A stretch of DNA of 64,000 nt, from the NCBI RefSeq assembly GCF_036365525.1, contig NC_090399.1, positions 22,020,529-22,084,528 of the forward strand, written 5' to 3'. A program made the position numbers and the translations under genes. Below the pieces are notes generated by a model. The model was not told the origin of the DNA. It saw nothing but the letters and a program-made list of their open reading frames with translations, and did no database searches. The stretch is from Heterodontus francisci (taxonomy: Eukaryota). Below, piece by piece: positions 12,043 through 26,009 of the stretch. The stretch's first letter is position 1; each line of letters opens with the position of its first letter.

Positions 12043-13752
12043 GAGGCAGTTTATTTGTCTGTCAAAACTAATAAAGGGGGCAGTAAACAAAGCTTTAAAC
12101 TAATAAAGGGGTGGGGGTGGATATAGGAAACGGTAACTTCAAAAGCTGCAAGTGACATATCAAGGTTCTAGAGCAAAGTAATGTTTTGGGTGAAAATAAG
12201 CAGAGTAGGTCAGGAAAGGACAGTGCGAGTCTCAAAAGTAATAGGGCATTCGTGACTAAGGTAAGGTCAGAGGAAATTAGAAAGAGTCAAAGTTAAAGCC
12301 AGGATATCTGAATGCACGAAGCAGTCAAACCAAATTAGATAAATTAACAGCACAGATAGAAATTAATAGGTTTGAGCCAAAAGCCTTTTTGGAAATGTGG
12401 TTGGAAAATGACCAAGGTTGGGAACTAAATATTCCAGAAGAGTTAACTTTTAGAAGAGAAAAGTAGGAGGAGCAGCCCTGATAATAAAGAAGGGGATAGA
12501 GATAGCATAGAGAAAGTATCATAACTCAGAAAATCAAGAAGTAAAATCAATTTGGGTGGGGCTAAGAAATAGCAAGGGGCAGAACACATTGACGGGAGTT
12601 GTTTCCAGGCCCCCTATCAGTTACTGTAGTGCAGGGCAAAGTTTAATTAAGGAAATTGGAGGAACATATAACAAGGATAATGCAGTAATCATGTTGGGGG
12701 GGGGGGGGCCTTAATATTCATATAGAATGGGCAAACCAAATTTGCAGTAATAGTGTGGAGAACTAAATCATGAAATGTATACCAGATAATTATCTAAATC
12801 TGTATGTCAAGGAACCAACTAGAGAACAGACTATTTTGGATCTATATTGTGCAATGAGAAAGGGTTAATTAATAACTTTGTTAGAAAGTGGCCTTTAGGG
12901 AAGAATGACCATAACATGATAGAATTTTATATTGAGTTTGCAATGATTTAGTTAAGTCCGAAACTAGGGTCTTAAATTTAAACAAAGCAAATTATGCAGG
13001 TATGAAGGGTAAGCTGGCTAAAGTAGATTGAGGAGCTACATTAAAAGATTTGATGGTAGTGAAGCAATGGCTAGCATTTAAAGCATTAATACACAATCTG
13101 CAACAAATATACATTCCTTTAAGGCACAAAAACCTCACAGAACAAGTGGTCCAAAGTGGTTAACAAGAGGAGTTAAGGATAGTATTAGGTCAAAAGAAGA
13201 GATGTATAATATTGCCAAAAAGACTAGTAAGCCCAAGGATTGGGAGGATCTTAGAATTCAGCAGAGGAGGACCAAGAAATTGAAAAGGAAATAGAAAACA
13301 GAATATGAGAGTAGATTAACAAGAGACATAAAAATATATTGTAAACATTTCTATAGGTATATAAATAGGAAGAGATTGGTGAAAGTAAATGTGGCTTCAT
13401 TAGAAGCACAGACAGGTGAAATTATAATGGGGCATTCGGAAATGGAAAAGATATTAAACAAATACTTTGTGTTTGTCTTCACATTGGAAGAGACAAAAAA
13501 AAATCCAGAAATAATGGGCAAGCAAGGGTCTAGCGATATCGAGGAACTTAAAGAAATCAGTATAAGTAAAGAAATAGTATTGGAGAAATTAATGGGACGA
13601 AGTAGCTACAAAGCCCCTTGACCTGACAACTGCAGGCAAAGGGTTTAGAAAAGGGTAGCTACAGAGATAGTGGATGCATTGGTTTTGATCTTCTCGAATC
13701 TAAGGCATTCTGGAACAGTTCCCAAGTACTGGAAAGTAGCAAACAGAACCCG

Positions 13753-14972
13753 GTAACTAGTAGAATAGATAAGGGAGAACCAGTGGATGTGGTATATTTG
13801 GACTTTCAGAAGGCTTTTGATAAGGTCCCACATAAGACATTAGCATGTAAAATTAAAGCATATGGGATTGGGGTAAGGTACTGACATGGATAGAGAACTG
13901 GTTGGCAGACAGGAAACAAAGAGTAGGAATAAACGGGTCTTTTTCTGAGTAGCAGGTAGTGACTAGTGGGGACTAGTGCTAGGACCCCAGCTATTCACAA
14001 TATATATTAATGATATAGATGAGGGAATTAAATGTAATATATCCAAGTTTGCAGATGACACAAACTGGGTTGGAGTTTGAGCTGTGGGGAGGATGCAGAG
14101 AAGCTCCAGTGTGATTTAGACAGGTTGAGTGATTGGGCAAATATATGGCAGATGCAGTATAATGTGGATAAATGTGTGGTTAGCCACTTTGCTGGCAAAA
14201 ACAGAAAGGCAGATTATTATCTGAACGGCAATAGATTGGGAGAGGGGGAGGTGCAGTGAGACCTGTGTGTCCTTGTGCAGTAGTCACTGAAAGTAAGCAT
14301 GCAGATGCAGCAGGCAGTTAAAAAGGCAAATGGTATGTTGGCCTTCATAGCGAGAGGATTCAAGTACAGGAGCAAGGATGTCTTGCTGCAAATATATAAG
14401 GCCTTGGAGAGACCACATCTGGAGTATTGTGTGCAGTTTTGGTCTCCTTATCTGAGGAAGGATGTTCTTGCTATGAAGGGAATGCAGTGAAGGTTCACCA
14501 GACTGATTCCTGGGATGGCAGGACTGACGTATGAAGAGAGATTGGGTCGATTCGGCTTGTATTCGCTGGAGTTTAGAAGAATGAGGAGGGATCTCGTAGA
14601 AACCTACAAATTCTAAAAGGACTGGACAGACTAGATGAAGGAAGGATGTTCCCAATGGTGGGGAAGTCCAGGACCAGGGGTCACAGTCTAAGGATAAGGG
14701 GTAAACCATTTAGGACTGAGATGAGGAGAGATTTCTTCACCCAGAGAGTGGTGAACCTGTAAAATTCTCTACCACGGAAAGCAGTTGAGGCAAATCATTA
14801 AACATTTTCAAGGAAGAGTTAGGTATTATTCTTAAGACTAATGGGATCAAAGGATATGGGGAGAAAGCGGGAACAGGTTACCGAGTTTGGATGATCAGCC
14901 ATGATCATATTGAATGGCAGAGCAGGCTCGATGGGCCGAATGGCCTACTCCTGCTCCTATTTTTCTATGTTT
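13753..14972 (+). mobile_element. 5'-truncated CR1 nested in the older CR1
   Basis: RT remnants (SKFADD, HLEYCVQFWSPYL) and a 3'UTR ending in TTTCTATG repeats; the host sequence resumes at 14973. Confidence 0.8.
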
Positions 14973-15637
14973 CTATTTAAGAAAGGAGGATGAGATAAAA
15001 CAGGAAACTCTAAGCCAGTTAGCCTCACATCAGCAGCAAGCAAAAAACCTGAATCTATTATTAGAGATGTGGTAACACGGCATTTAGAAAATCACAATAT
15101 GATGGTGCAAAGTCAACATTGATATATGAAATGGAAATTGTGTTTGGCAAATCTGTTAGAGGTGTTTGAGGATGTAATTCGGAAGAAGACGAAAGGGGAA
15201 CCACTAGATGTCGTGTATTTGGATTTTCAAAAAGAATTCAATAGGGTGCCACACAAGAGGTAATTACACATTAGGACTCATGAGATTGGGGATAATATAT
15301 TATCGTGGATTCAAGATTGGTTAATGGACAGAAAACAAAGAGTAGGAATAAATAGAACATTTTTGGGTTGGCAGGCTGTAACTAGAGGGTCACTTAGGCC
15401 TCAGCTATTTAGAAACTATATTCATGACTTAGGAGAGGGGTCAGAGTGTAATGTATCAAGTTTGCTCACGATATATAGTGAGGTGAGATAGAAAGTGGTG
15501 AGGAGGATACAATGAGGCTGCAGAGGGATATGGACAAGATAGGTGAGTAGACAAGAACATGGCAGATGGAATACAGTGTGGCAAAGTGTGAAGTTGTCCA
15601 CTTTGGTAGGAAAAATAAAAAAGCAGAATGTTTTTTG

Positions 15638-16463
15638 AATCATAAGAATGGTTACAGCAGAGAAGGAGGCCATTTGGCCTATTGTGTCCATACTGGCTCT
15701 CTGAGCAACTCACCTACTCCCACTACCTTGCCTTTTCCTCGTAACTCTGCAAATTTTTTCTCTTCAGATAATTATCCAGTTCAATTTTGAAGGCCTCGAT
15801 TGAATCTGCCTCCATCACACTCTCAGGCAGTACATTCCAGATCCTAACCACTCGCTACACAAAAAATCTTTTCCTCATGCCACTGTAGCTTCTTTTGCCA
15901 ATCATCTTAAATTGGTATCATCTGCTTCTGGATCCTTCAGCCAATGGGAACAGTTTCTCCCTATCTACCATGTCATGTGTCATCTTCCCCTCATGATTTT
16001 GAAGACCTCTATCAAATCTCCTATTAAATATTCTCTTCTCCAAGGAAAACAGACGCAGCTTCTCCAACCTATCCATGTAACTGAAGTTCCTCATCCCTGG
16101 AACCATTCCCATGAATCTCTTCTGAACCCTCTCCAATGGCTTTACATTCTTCTGAAAGTGTGGGAACTAGAACTGGACACAATATTCCAGTTGAGGCCGA
16201 GACAGTGTTTTATATAAGTTTATCATAACTTCCTTGTTCTTGTACTCTCTGTCCCTATTTATAAATCCCAGGATTCCATATGTTTTATTAACTACTTTCT
16301 CAACCTGCCCTGCAACCTTCAATTATTTGTGCACATATACCCCCAGGGCCCTCTGCTCCGACACCCTCTTGAGAATTGTATCCTTTAATTTGTATTGCCT
16401 CTCCTCATTTTTACTACCAAAATGAATCACTTCACACTTTTCTGCGTTAAATTTCATCTGCCA
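15638..16463 (-). mobile_element. CR1 3' fragment, antisense, nested in the older CR1
   Basis: ORF 15918..16136(-) ERVQKRF..MDRLEKLRLFSLEKR. Confidence 0.8.
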
Positions 16464-17572
16464 TGGTGAGAGACTGGGAAATGTTTGCATTTAGAGGGAC
16501 CTGAGTATTGTTGTACATGAATCAAAGAAAGTTACCATCTAGGTACAGCAAAGCAATTAGGAAGGCAAATGGTATGTTAACTTTTATTACAAAGGGATTG
16601 AGGTAGAAGAGTAAGGAAATCTTACTACAATTATACAGGGCATTGGTGAAGCCACACCTGGGGTACTCTGTGACATTCTGGTTTACCTAAAGAAGAACAT
16701 ACTTGCCCTAGAAGGAGTGCTACAGAGTTTCACTAGACTGGTTCCTGGGATGAGGATATTGTCCTATGAGGAGAGATTGATTAGATTAGGCCAATATTCC
16801 CTGGAATTTAGGAGGAGAGGTGATCTAATTGAAGATATAAAAATTCTTAAGGGGCTTGATGGGGTAGATGCTGAGAAAATGTGTCCCCTGGCTGGGCAAT
16901 CTAGAACACAGAGTCACAGTCTCAGAATAAGGGGGTCAGCCATTTGGGACTGAGATGAGGAGAAATTTCTTCAATTAAAAGGTTGTGAATCTTTGGAATT
17001 CTCGACCCCAGAAAGATGTGGATGCTTAGTCTTTTAGTATATTCAAGATAGAGGTCTATAGACTTTTGTGTACAAATGGCATTAATGGATATGGGATAGT
17101 GCAGGAAGGTGGATTTGAGGTAGAAGATCAGTCTTGATCTTGTTGAATAGCAGAGCAGGCTCAAAGAGCGAAATGGCCTGTTCCAGCTCCTATTTCTCAT
17201 GTTCTTATGTAAAGGAATCCTTTTGGTCCATTTTGTATTTAGCTTTTAATGTTAAAAATCTAAAGTTAAAAGCCCATAGAACTTTGCAGTCTCTGCACAG
17301 AGTCAGAAAGAGCTGAAGTCCTAGGTCAGGTAAAAAGTTACAATATGTGGAAAAGATTAAGATTCTTTAGTAACAGTCGTGTAAATAATTAATTGAAAGT
17401 CTTTGATTCAGTTACAACAACCTAGGATGTATAAATTAAATATAAATATAAATCTAGCTGAAGTTCCAATTTTCCCTATATCAGAGCTTCCTCTCTCAAA
17501 TGAATGTACTGAATTAACTATTAATAGTAGTGAATGTTCCTATTATTTCAATGACTAAATCTTGTTACACAG

Positions 17573-17674
17573 ATACAGACAAGAAACAGACACCAGGAGT
17601 TGAAGCCAAAGTTCGATATGTTAGCCTTGTTGTTATTTTTATCTTCTTATGTTTCACTGTGAAAATGCGAGGAG
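17573..17674 (+). CDS. IgSF receptor exon 3: stalk + transmembrane (DTDKKQTPGVEAKVRYVSLVVIFIFLCFTVKMRG)
   Basis: Acceptor cttgttacacAG|, donor GAG|GTAAGC; 102 nt, phase 1-1; hydrophobic run followed by K/R. Confidence 0.82.
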
Positions 17675-18044
17675 GTAAGCAGTGATGGTGTGACAGTTTC
17701 AGGTACCCTTACATATGCTCTCTCTCTATTTATTATAGCTTTTCAAATATATTATTGACACCCAAGGTGGATTAAAAATGTTCTTCTTTAGATTATTAAA
17801 ACCAATGAAGGATATTTCTCTGTTCAAAGTGAGCTCAGTTCAGCCCAATGAAAATAACATAGACTTCTCCCTGGGCTCTTGCTCATTTATGTAATATTGT
17901 CAACTTTAAATCCAAACTTTTGTTGTCTTTCATCCAAGGTAACGCACCACACAGGTGGGATTTTAACCGAACTGGCTGAATCTCACGGAATCAGGTGGAG
18001 CACCTGCTTCACACTCTGTCCAATATTATTCTCGGACAAATTGA

Positions 18045-19560
18045 TAGAATCATTGAATGGTTACTGCACAAAAGGAGGCCATTTGGCCCATTGTCTCCAT
18101 ACCAGCTCTATGCAAGAGCGACTCACGTAGTTCCACATCCCCACCTTTTACCCGGAACCCTGTAGACATTTTTCTTCAGACCTTCTTTGGTGTTCTGCCT
18201 TTCAGCAGGTTCTTGCCCCATTCATACATCTGCCTGTCAAAGGTCATTTTCTTTAGATACTCCTATCATCCTTCACCATATCTAGCATTGCTAGTCTCTT
18301 CCTTCCTTGTTGTCTTTTACCCTCCATTCTACCCTCAATCACCGTTTTCAGCAGGCCTTCTATCTGATGACATGAACAATCCGGTTCTTTTTCCTTATTC
18401 TGATGGTTTTGATGATGGAACAACCCTCGACCCTTCTGAGCATTTTGTTGTTTGTCACCCACTCTGACCAGCTGATCTTCACATCCACTATTCCAGAACC
18501 ACATCTCACACGCTTCTAACTTCCTGATGTCTGCCTTGCACAGGGTCCATGTCTCTGCTCCATCTAAGAGAACACTCCATTTATCCGTTTTGATGATTCG
18601 AACTTTCAGGTTGATGCTCAGCCGCTTGGTTAACAACTCCTTTCATCTGTTGAATGCACCCTTTGCCATTGCAATTCTCAATCTTATCTCCCTCATGCAT
18701 CTCCCATCTTCTGTCAGTATTGTTCCAAGGTATTTGAACTCCGATACTTGTTCCAGTTGTTGCCCATTTACCTTAATGTCTCTCTCCGATTAGGTTTTTT
18801 CCCAGCTTCAACACTTTTGCCTTTTTGATGTTAATCTTCATTCTATACTCCTCCACCATCCTATTCAGGGAATCCATCATCTGTTGAAGGCCTTCCATCG
18901 TGCTAGTCATCATTGCCTGGTCACCTGCAAATCGGACTGCCTGTACTAGATGACAGCCAACTTTGACCGCTGACCTTTACCACTTAATTCTCTTCAGATA
19001 ATTATTGAATTCTCTTTTGAAGGCCTTGAGTGAATGTACCTCCACCACACTCTCAGGCTGTGCATTCCAGATCTTAACCATTTGCTGTATAAAAAGGTTT
19101 TTTCTCATGTTTCTGTTGCTTCTTTTGCCAATCACCTTAAATTAGTGTCCAGTATCATAACTTCCTTGTTTTTGTACTTATGCCCCTTTTTATAAAGCCC
19201 AGGATCCCTTATGCTTTATTAACCACTTTCTCAACCTGCCCTGCAACCTTCAATGATTTATGCACAGAAATCCCCATCCCTCTGTTCCTGTAGCCCTTTT
19301 AGAATTGTAGACTTTAATTTATATTGCCTCCCCGAGTTCTTCTTACTGAAATAAGTCACTTCTCACTTTTCTGAATTAAATTTCATCTGTCACTCGTCCA
19401 CCTATTCCACCAGTCTATGTCCTCTTGATGTTTATTACTATCCTCCTCACATTTCACTATACTTCCAAGTTTTATCTCATCGGCAAATGTCTAATTCATT
19501 AATATATATCACGAAAAGCAGGTGTCCTAACACAGACCCCTGCCTTCCTCCAGTCTGAAA
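18045..19560 (-). mobile_element. CR1 3' fragment containing an RTE insertion
   Basis: 18045-18180 and 18990-19560 are collinear with the CR1 at 15638-16463. Confidence 0.7.
18181..18965 (-). mobile_element. RTE-clade LINE 3' fragment (family distinct from 37076 and 44643)
   Basis: WSVLLDGAETWTL..KLEACEMWFW..VIEGRMEGKRQQGRKR. Confidence 0.85.
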
Positions 19561-20125
19561 GGAGAATAACTCAGGACGGATGTAAAACTAGTGTTGTACC
19601 CAATCCCGTCAGCTTCCGAACATGCAAGTACGGTTAAAATTGCCCATAAGAGTCAGAAGCAAAGCAACCAATAAACATGGATATCACGTGTTTCCAGTAC
19701 AGATAAAATTGACAGAATATTGCATTATCCAGATTATTATTTTGATTTAGTGAAGCTCGGGATTTATAAACCCTTAAATAATTCTGAAAGCATTGCCATT
19801 CTTCTAGTTAACATCAAAATTAATTGCAAGGTTTAAGCAAGCACAACAATTGCTTGTAATAGTGATCATAATAGTACAGAACAGCAAATTCTACCTCCCA
19901 ATATGGTTGACACACAGAGCCACTGCTCAGCCTGTGAAACTCAGTCAGGTAAATTGCCTGCGAAGATGAATAGGAATGTTAGATGTGCAACTTTACCTCC
20001 ACACTGTTCCAACCATTTTCTCATGTCCAATTATTTTAACATGGGAGTATTTATCTAGACAGTGCATTCCGAGATCAATAATTAGTCAATACCAAAGAAG
20101 GTTTAACAAGGATTTTCCCCCTTAG

Positions 20126-20181
20126 GTTGTAAGCAAACTCAGGAACAAACAGAAAAGGAACATGCTACTCAGGATGATCGG
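20126..20181 (+). CDS. IgSF receptor exon 4: cytoplasmic (GCKQTQEQTEKEHATQDDR)
   Basis: Acceptor ttttcccccttAG|, donor CGG|GTAAGT; phase 1 to 0, open frame. Confidence 0.78.
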
Positions 20182-20744
20182 GTAAGTTGTATACTTTGTG
20201 GAAAGGTAAACAGATTATTTTACCTACTAGGCTAGTTGATCTTTGAACAATAATTCCTAATCTTACCGCTTTTCCAGCACTGCTGAAGTGCTGGCCCAAA
20301 AGGATTCCTATTCCTCTCGCTTAGGGATGTACTTAAATCATGGAGAAATTCAATGCTTTTCACTTGTCTGTCATGACATAAATAGTAATGTTCTAGATAT
20401 TTCATGGCTGCATTCATACAACATAGACAACAGTTGCCCTTTTAAATATTGAGGTCATTGTCGCTTGCTTTTTGTTTTGGTCAGTCGCTTCTGCAGTTTA
20501 CGTTTAATATGTGATTCTGAAGCCACATGGTGATCAATTGAGTTTTTTTCTTCAAATAAAAACCTAATTACATTGCAAGAAGAACAAACAATTTACTGCC
20601 AACTGCATGTAAGGTCACTGCTGGGAACTGCTTCACACCATCCTGAGCTGAAACGTATTTTGCTTGGTTTTATTTAAACTCATTTTTAACTAATGCCTGT
20701 CATGTAATGTTTTTAACCAAACTGATATCACTCGGTCCTGTACA

Positions 20745-21145
20745 TTTATTTCCAAAAATGTACTTTATTCATAAAATTTGTAAAAATACATTACATAAAA
20801 GTTAAAATTTGACGTTACATAAAATGCAATACAGATCAATTTCTTTAGATACAGTACATGAGGTGTCTCATTGCACTTGCCATTACAGGTTGTTTTTACA
20901 ACGTACATTTACATTTCATGTCAAACATTCTCTGGTGCCTACAGTCCAAGGGGTTTTACACAGTTTCAAGCCCCTCGGTATACTATGGTGGGAGGGCCTT
21001 ACACAGTGGCTTTTCCCCATTGAGCCATTGCATTGCCTGCCCCAAGCTTTAGTGCATCACTCAGCACATAGTCCTGGACCTTGGAATGTGCATGTCTGCA
21101 AAACTCGATCATCGACAGCTCTTTGTACTGGAAGACCAGCAAGTT
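20745..21145 (-). mobile_element. Tx1/L1-clade LINE 3' end
   Basis: ORF 20999..21199(-) ends KVQDYVLSDALKLGAGNAMAQWGKATV; 3'UTR with AATAAA; related 3'UTR at 63935-64000. Confidence 0.65.
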
Positions 21146-22651
21146 TCCCATGCTGTAAATCATCGCAAGTACACATACACTCATTGAACTAGTCAACAAT
21201 TAGATTTAATTATCACATCATCCCAGAAAAAAGGAAGTAAAGTGCTTTTGCATCAGTGACTATGGAGAAGTTTTCAAACCAACTATTTTATTAATAATTC
21301 ACATTTTATTTTAAATAATACTTTAAAGATTAATTTCACGGACAATCCCATATTTCATGAATTCCTTGAAATCCTGGAGATTGCGAATGGTGTAGACCCC
21401 TACTCCTCCAGTCTGAGCTGCGGATTCCTAGCGTCCTCATGGAATGACTCGACCGATATGAGAAGATGTAAGAAAGACTATGTGAGGTTGGGGTGCGAGG
21501 ATTTTCCTGTAGAAATGACTTGGATTCTGGACTAGAGCTTAGCCTGCTCTTGGCAGAAATCCACAACAATGCTCCTGTATTCATTTTAATGCAATGCAGT
21601 TAGGAATCTAGATCATTATAACTGAAATGTAAGGATGTTCTCATTGGCATATCGTACATTATTAGATTTTTTAACCATATTAAAATAAGTTTGCCTTTTT
21701 ATTCTGCCTCATACATCTGTGAAATATTTCTGATTGTGATGAACTATCTGAAGAAAAATAACTTGCACTTATATCGTGCTTTCAACTTCTGATTAATGTT
21801 TGTGGACGAAATATTTCATAGCTCTTCCTGTGCAGAGCATGAGATGTCTAATTCTTCTGGGCTTAAGTAACCACATATGTTCCAGTTGGTATGGAGTTAG
21901 GTTATGTCAGATTTTAATCTTTATTTCCGGTTTATGTTTATTCAAAGCCTGGTGCTGCTGTGCAGCATGTAGGTATCAACAGACCTCAAAACTAACTGAG
22001 AGGAAAACATGAGTGACCACTGAAGTGATGGAATATACTTTGTTACAGAATGTGAGTATAAAAATATAACCATTCTGTTTAAACTGGCCTCCACCTTACA
22101 ATGCAATTGTCGATACTAATCTAATTTTAAAATCTCTCTCTCTCTTTAATTACAATTTTCAATTCAGGAGAAAGAAACATGAGAATTTGGGAGAAATCCT
22201 AGTCACTTTTAGAATAGGTTAAAGCGAGAAATAAAGATTAAAATCAGAGACAACCGTAACTCAATGCCAACTGGAACTTAAGTATTTATTTTACTTAAAC
22301 ACTGAAGAATTAACCATCTAACGCTCCACGCAGGAAGAGCTAAGAAATGGGACTGACAAGGTTTATTTAGACGACAGGCACAACATGAAGTTAACGCCTC
22401 TTATCACCTCTAATCACCACTTGTCAGAAAAAATATGTGTATCAAGTTTTAATGGTTGAGAGATTTTAATAAAAGCACAAATACTTTGTCCAGTTTCCTG
22501 AGACATGTGTGAATTGTCCATGGCATTCCCTACAGTCAGTTGCTGAATGCAAGATAGCCAGACAGATGGGTAAAAGATTTCAAAATCTTACTCTAGAGAG
22601 CCAACTGGCCTAAGTTGTTACAGACATACAGGATTTCCATTCTGAATGTTC

Positions 22652-23677
22652 TGTTACGAGCAGGTGAGGAAGGGGGTCTCAAGCTCCACTTTCGCCCCTT
22701 CTCTGGTTTGACTGCAATCCTTTTAACACAGTGATTTAACTTACCAACTCAGTGAGCACTTGCTCCTGTTACTCTCATATACTTGCAAATGAACCAGACA
22801 GGTTTTCTTGAGTTTAAACAAGAAAGAGGTGAGTTTATTAACCTTATCACTCTAAACCAGTTAAAATTACTAAAATACACAACGCATCCACGCTCATATT
22901 CATACGAGAGGCACACATTCACGCAAATAGATACGAGGGGAGAAAGCAGAATTAGGAGGGTGGAGTAGAGTCCTTAATAAAAATGGAATTTAAATATGGA
23001 AGTGTAGTCCCAGTGTCCTTAGTTGAAATTGAAGTCTTGAAGTCCTCGCTGGACCACGTGCACAATTTGAGCTTACTTCTCTGGTTCAGGAAGGCTGATA
23101 AGGGGCTTTACCCGTCCTCTTTGTTCTTGACTGTGAGGATCTGTAGATTTGAGATTTGGCTGAAGCTGAGGTTTCCCTGGGACTTTGCTGGAGAGAGGGA
23201 GAGGAGAGATGTTCCTTCTTCGAGTTCAGTTACTGTCTGCTTTCAAAGTCACAATTCACAAACTATCAGAGTTACACAGATAGTTATGTCATGTGACCAC
23301 CCCTTTGTTTGAAACAGAAGTTTCTGGAATGATTTTTGAAATTGAAAGTTGTTCAGACGTACTTGGTGAGGGGGGTGGTTGGCTCTTTCAAAGTCAATGG
23401 GTGTCGATGGCTTTTGACAATCAGAATTAGCAAAACCATGCTAGGAAACTGAATCAGAGAGCACCCTCATTGTTCGAGCTAGACTGAGTAATCACCTGTG
23501 TCTCCGGTGGGCCTTTGGCTTCTCATATACAAATTGTGCATGGCCATCTTTAGCTGCTCGGCTTTGCTTTTTTTCAAAATACAAGTTATATGTAATAATG
23601 TCCAGTAACAAAGTCTCAGGCAAAGTTTCATACAACTAAATTAATATTTTCCATTTGGCTTGTGGGTTTTCTGTCAG
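22652..23677 (-). mobile_element. Solo LTR
   Basis: Both ends are homologous (reverse complement) to 48949-50611; ends ...CGTAACA; no coding sequence. Confidence 0.7.
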
Positions 23678-24119
23678 TTTACATTGGCAGCTTCAAGTTA
23701 GATGTTGAAATAAAAGTGCAACCGATTGTAACAATAGGAATTGTGGGCATACAGAGGATTTTAATAATATATAGATATCAACTGTAACATCCACATGACA
23801 ATGCTAAAGGTTGATGTTTTCTATTAAAGATTACACACAGGGTGATTTCCTAATCAGTCTCTAAGTCGCCTCTTTGAAAAGAATTGAATTTGAAGTCTTG
23901 CACTATTACTGTAAATGTTAAGTCAGTGAGTACGTAGGTGTTAGCCATGGCTCAGTCGGTAGCATGGTCACCTCTGAGTCAGAGGTTGTGGTTTGAAGAC
24001 TTATAAAAGTTAAAATAAAGTAATGGCCCGGCTGTACAACCATAAGATAACTAGCACCTCGGGCCTTTTTAAATATTGAAAATCAATCTGGCAATGGGGA
24101 TACTAGTGAGCAGTGCTCG

Positions 24120-24600
24120 ATCTCTGCATGTGACTAGTGAAGGACTTTTATAGGCAAATTGAATAATCATTAAAGAGAGGGTAGACCATGGATGAAAGGA
24201 ATATCTAGTTGTGGAGGATCAAAGTGGCATGAAATAAAGATTTTATGTCATTCTTTACAAATGATGGTGCAAGTATAAATATAGGTGAAGTAGAGGAGGA
24301 TATGGAACAACTGATGGAAATAACTGTGGAAAATGGATTGGTTTGGGGAAAAAATAGCAGAACTCAAAGTGACTAAGTCACCAGGTTCTGACAGAATGTA
24401 ACCTAGGCTATTGAAGGAAGTCAGAGAGGAGATAGCAGGGGCTGTGCCCACAATTTTCCAAATATCCTTAGATATGAAAATTGTGCCAAGGCACTTGAGA
24501 ATGCGAAATGTAGCATTTCTGTTCAAGAATGAAGAGAAGAATTAACTCAATAACTATGAACCACCTCGCCTAATGTCTTGTGGGCAAATTCATAGTTTTA
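24120..24600 (+). mobile_element. Highly decayed CR1 ORF2 fragment
   Basis: KSPGSD..PRLLKEVREEI-like sequence at 24370-24440. Confidence 0.6.
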
Positions 24601-25877
24601 GATACAATTAGTGAACGTATAGAAATGCGTGAGTTAATCAAGGACAGCCAGGACAGGTTTAAGTGGATGTTGTTGAATCAGCTGCCTGTTTTTCCATCCG
24701 TCTGATATTCCATTTTATTCACTTCACTGGAGCTGAATATTGGGCAGGACAAATAACTGGCAGCTGATTGTATAACACTTCATGGTACCACTATTTCTAC
24801 CCTGTAGATTTCTACTGAAGGATTCATTTGATGAGTTATTTGTGTCATATTTTTGTTTGGCAGCAACACTGGACATTGATAGTGTGCCAGGACTTGCTTT
24901 TGGTAAAGCTCTGTCCCCTTCCTTGACCCTCTGTTAGTGATGAAGAGGCACTAACATGGTTAAGAGATAGGGAATCCATTTTAGGAGTAGAGAAAATAAT
25001 CAGAATTTGGTTCTTTCATACAAGAAAACAGCAAAATAAGGATAAGCATCAACTTGTCACTTTTCGCAAAGTAAGTGCTGAAAGAGGTATCAAGTTACCA
25101 TACTCAAGGACAAGTTTATTTAACAGGTACATCATGCATCACAAATTAATCTTTGCACTTTGAAATATCACATTTTACAATGATCGCAACAGCTACCATT
25201 TTTATATGTTGAACTAGAACAACAAAGGTCGGATGGATTTCCCAGAGAGTGGGGGCAATTTTAACTTTGGCCAATTATGTAAAATAGGTGATATTGAACT
25301 ATTCGCCTTTTATATGCCTCGCCATGAACAATTTTCCTTTCCAATGAAGTTGAAAGTTTAAATTTCTATCCCCTCCACACACCCCCTCCCTCACACCGCC
25401 CCCACAACCCCAGTCACTGTGGGGGAGGGGGGGAGGCACCAGGACAATCGAAACAAAAAATCTCAACCTAGGACATTAAAAAAAACCTTCAAAGCAAAAG
25501 CACAAAAGTGACCAAATCTGAAAAAGGAGCCCCTGTGGAAAATGGGTTCCTTGCAAATGTGCCGACCATCTGTGTGTAATCTGTGATGCCCAAAGTCTGA
25601 CGGACCAAATTCATACAAGCACGATCATGGAGCAAAATCCTAAAACTATTCATTTAGATGCAGGGTTATGTATAGCTAATATATTGCTGGATGAAAGTAA
25701 TTACTAAATGCAATAATATTTTTCAAAGACGAGTGAAAATTACAAAATCAGAATGTCTGGGAAGTTTCTCCTGTTAATAGTTCCCCTCTTGTACAGACAA
25801 GGTTGTTAGATGTATTCATCTTATATTTTAATAACTATTTGCTCACCCAATTTGTGTTTTCTTTTATTTGGTCTCAG

Positions 25878-26009
25878 AATTCATCAACAAGCAATCCTGC
25901 TGTGTTATACAGTGAGATAAAGTCATCTGAATCTACAGGAACTATTGGAAGGAAGATACATCTTACTGATGAGAATATCAAACATCCTCTTCAGATATTG
26001 AACAACTAA
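25878..26009 (+). CDS. IgSF receptor terminal exon with ITIM (NSSTSNPAVLYSEIKSSE...QILNN*)
   Basis: Long polypyrimidine acceptor ...ggtctcAG|, phase 0 matching exon 4; VLYSEI fits (S/I/V/L)xYxx(I/V/L); TAA at 26007-26009. Confidence 0.8.
   Translation, partial: NSSTSNPAVLYSEIKSSESTGTIGRKIHLTDENIKHPLQILNN

Larger units (their letters stand above)
9170..17210 (+). mobile_element. Old, once full-length CR1 carrying several nested insertions
   Basis: Repetitive 5'UTR 9240-9470; degenerate ORF1 9690-10540; ORF1 end TTTAAACTAA at 12094; EN/RT remnants at 12300-13750, 14973-15635 and 16464-17210 are collinear once the inserts are removed. Confidence 0.75.
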
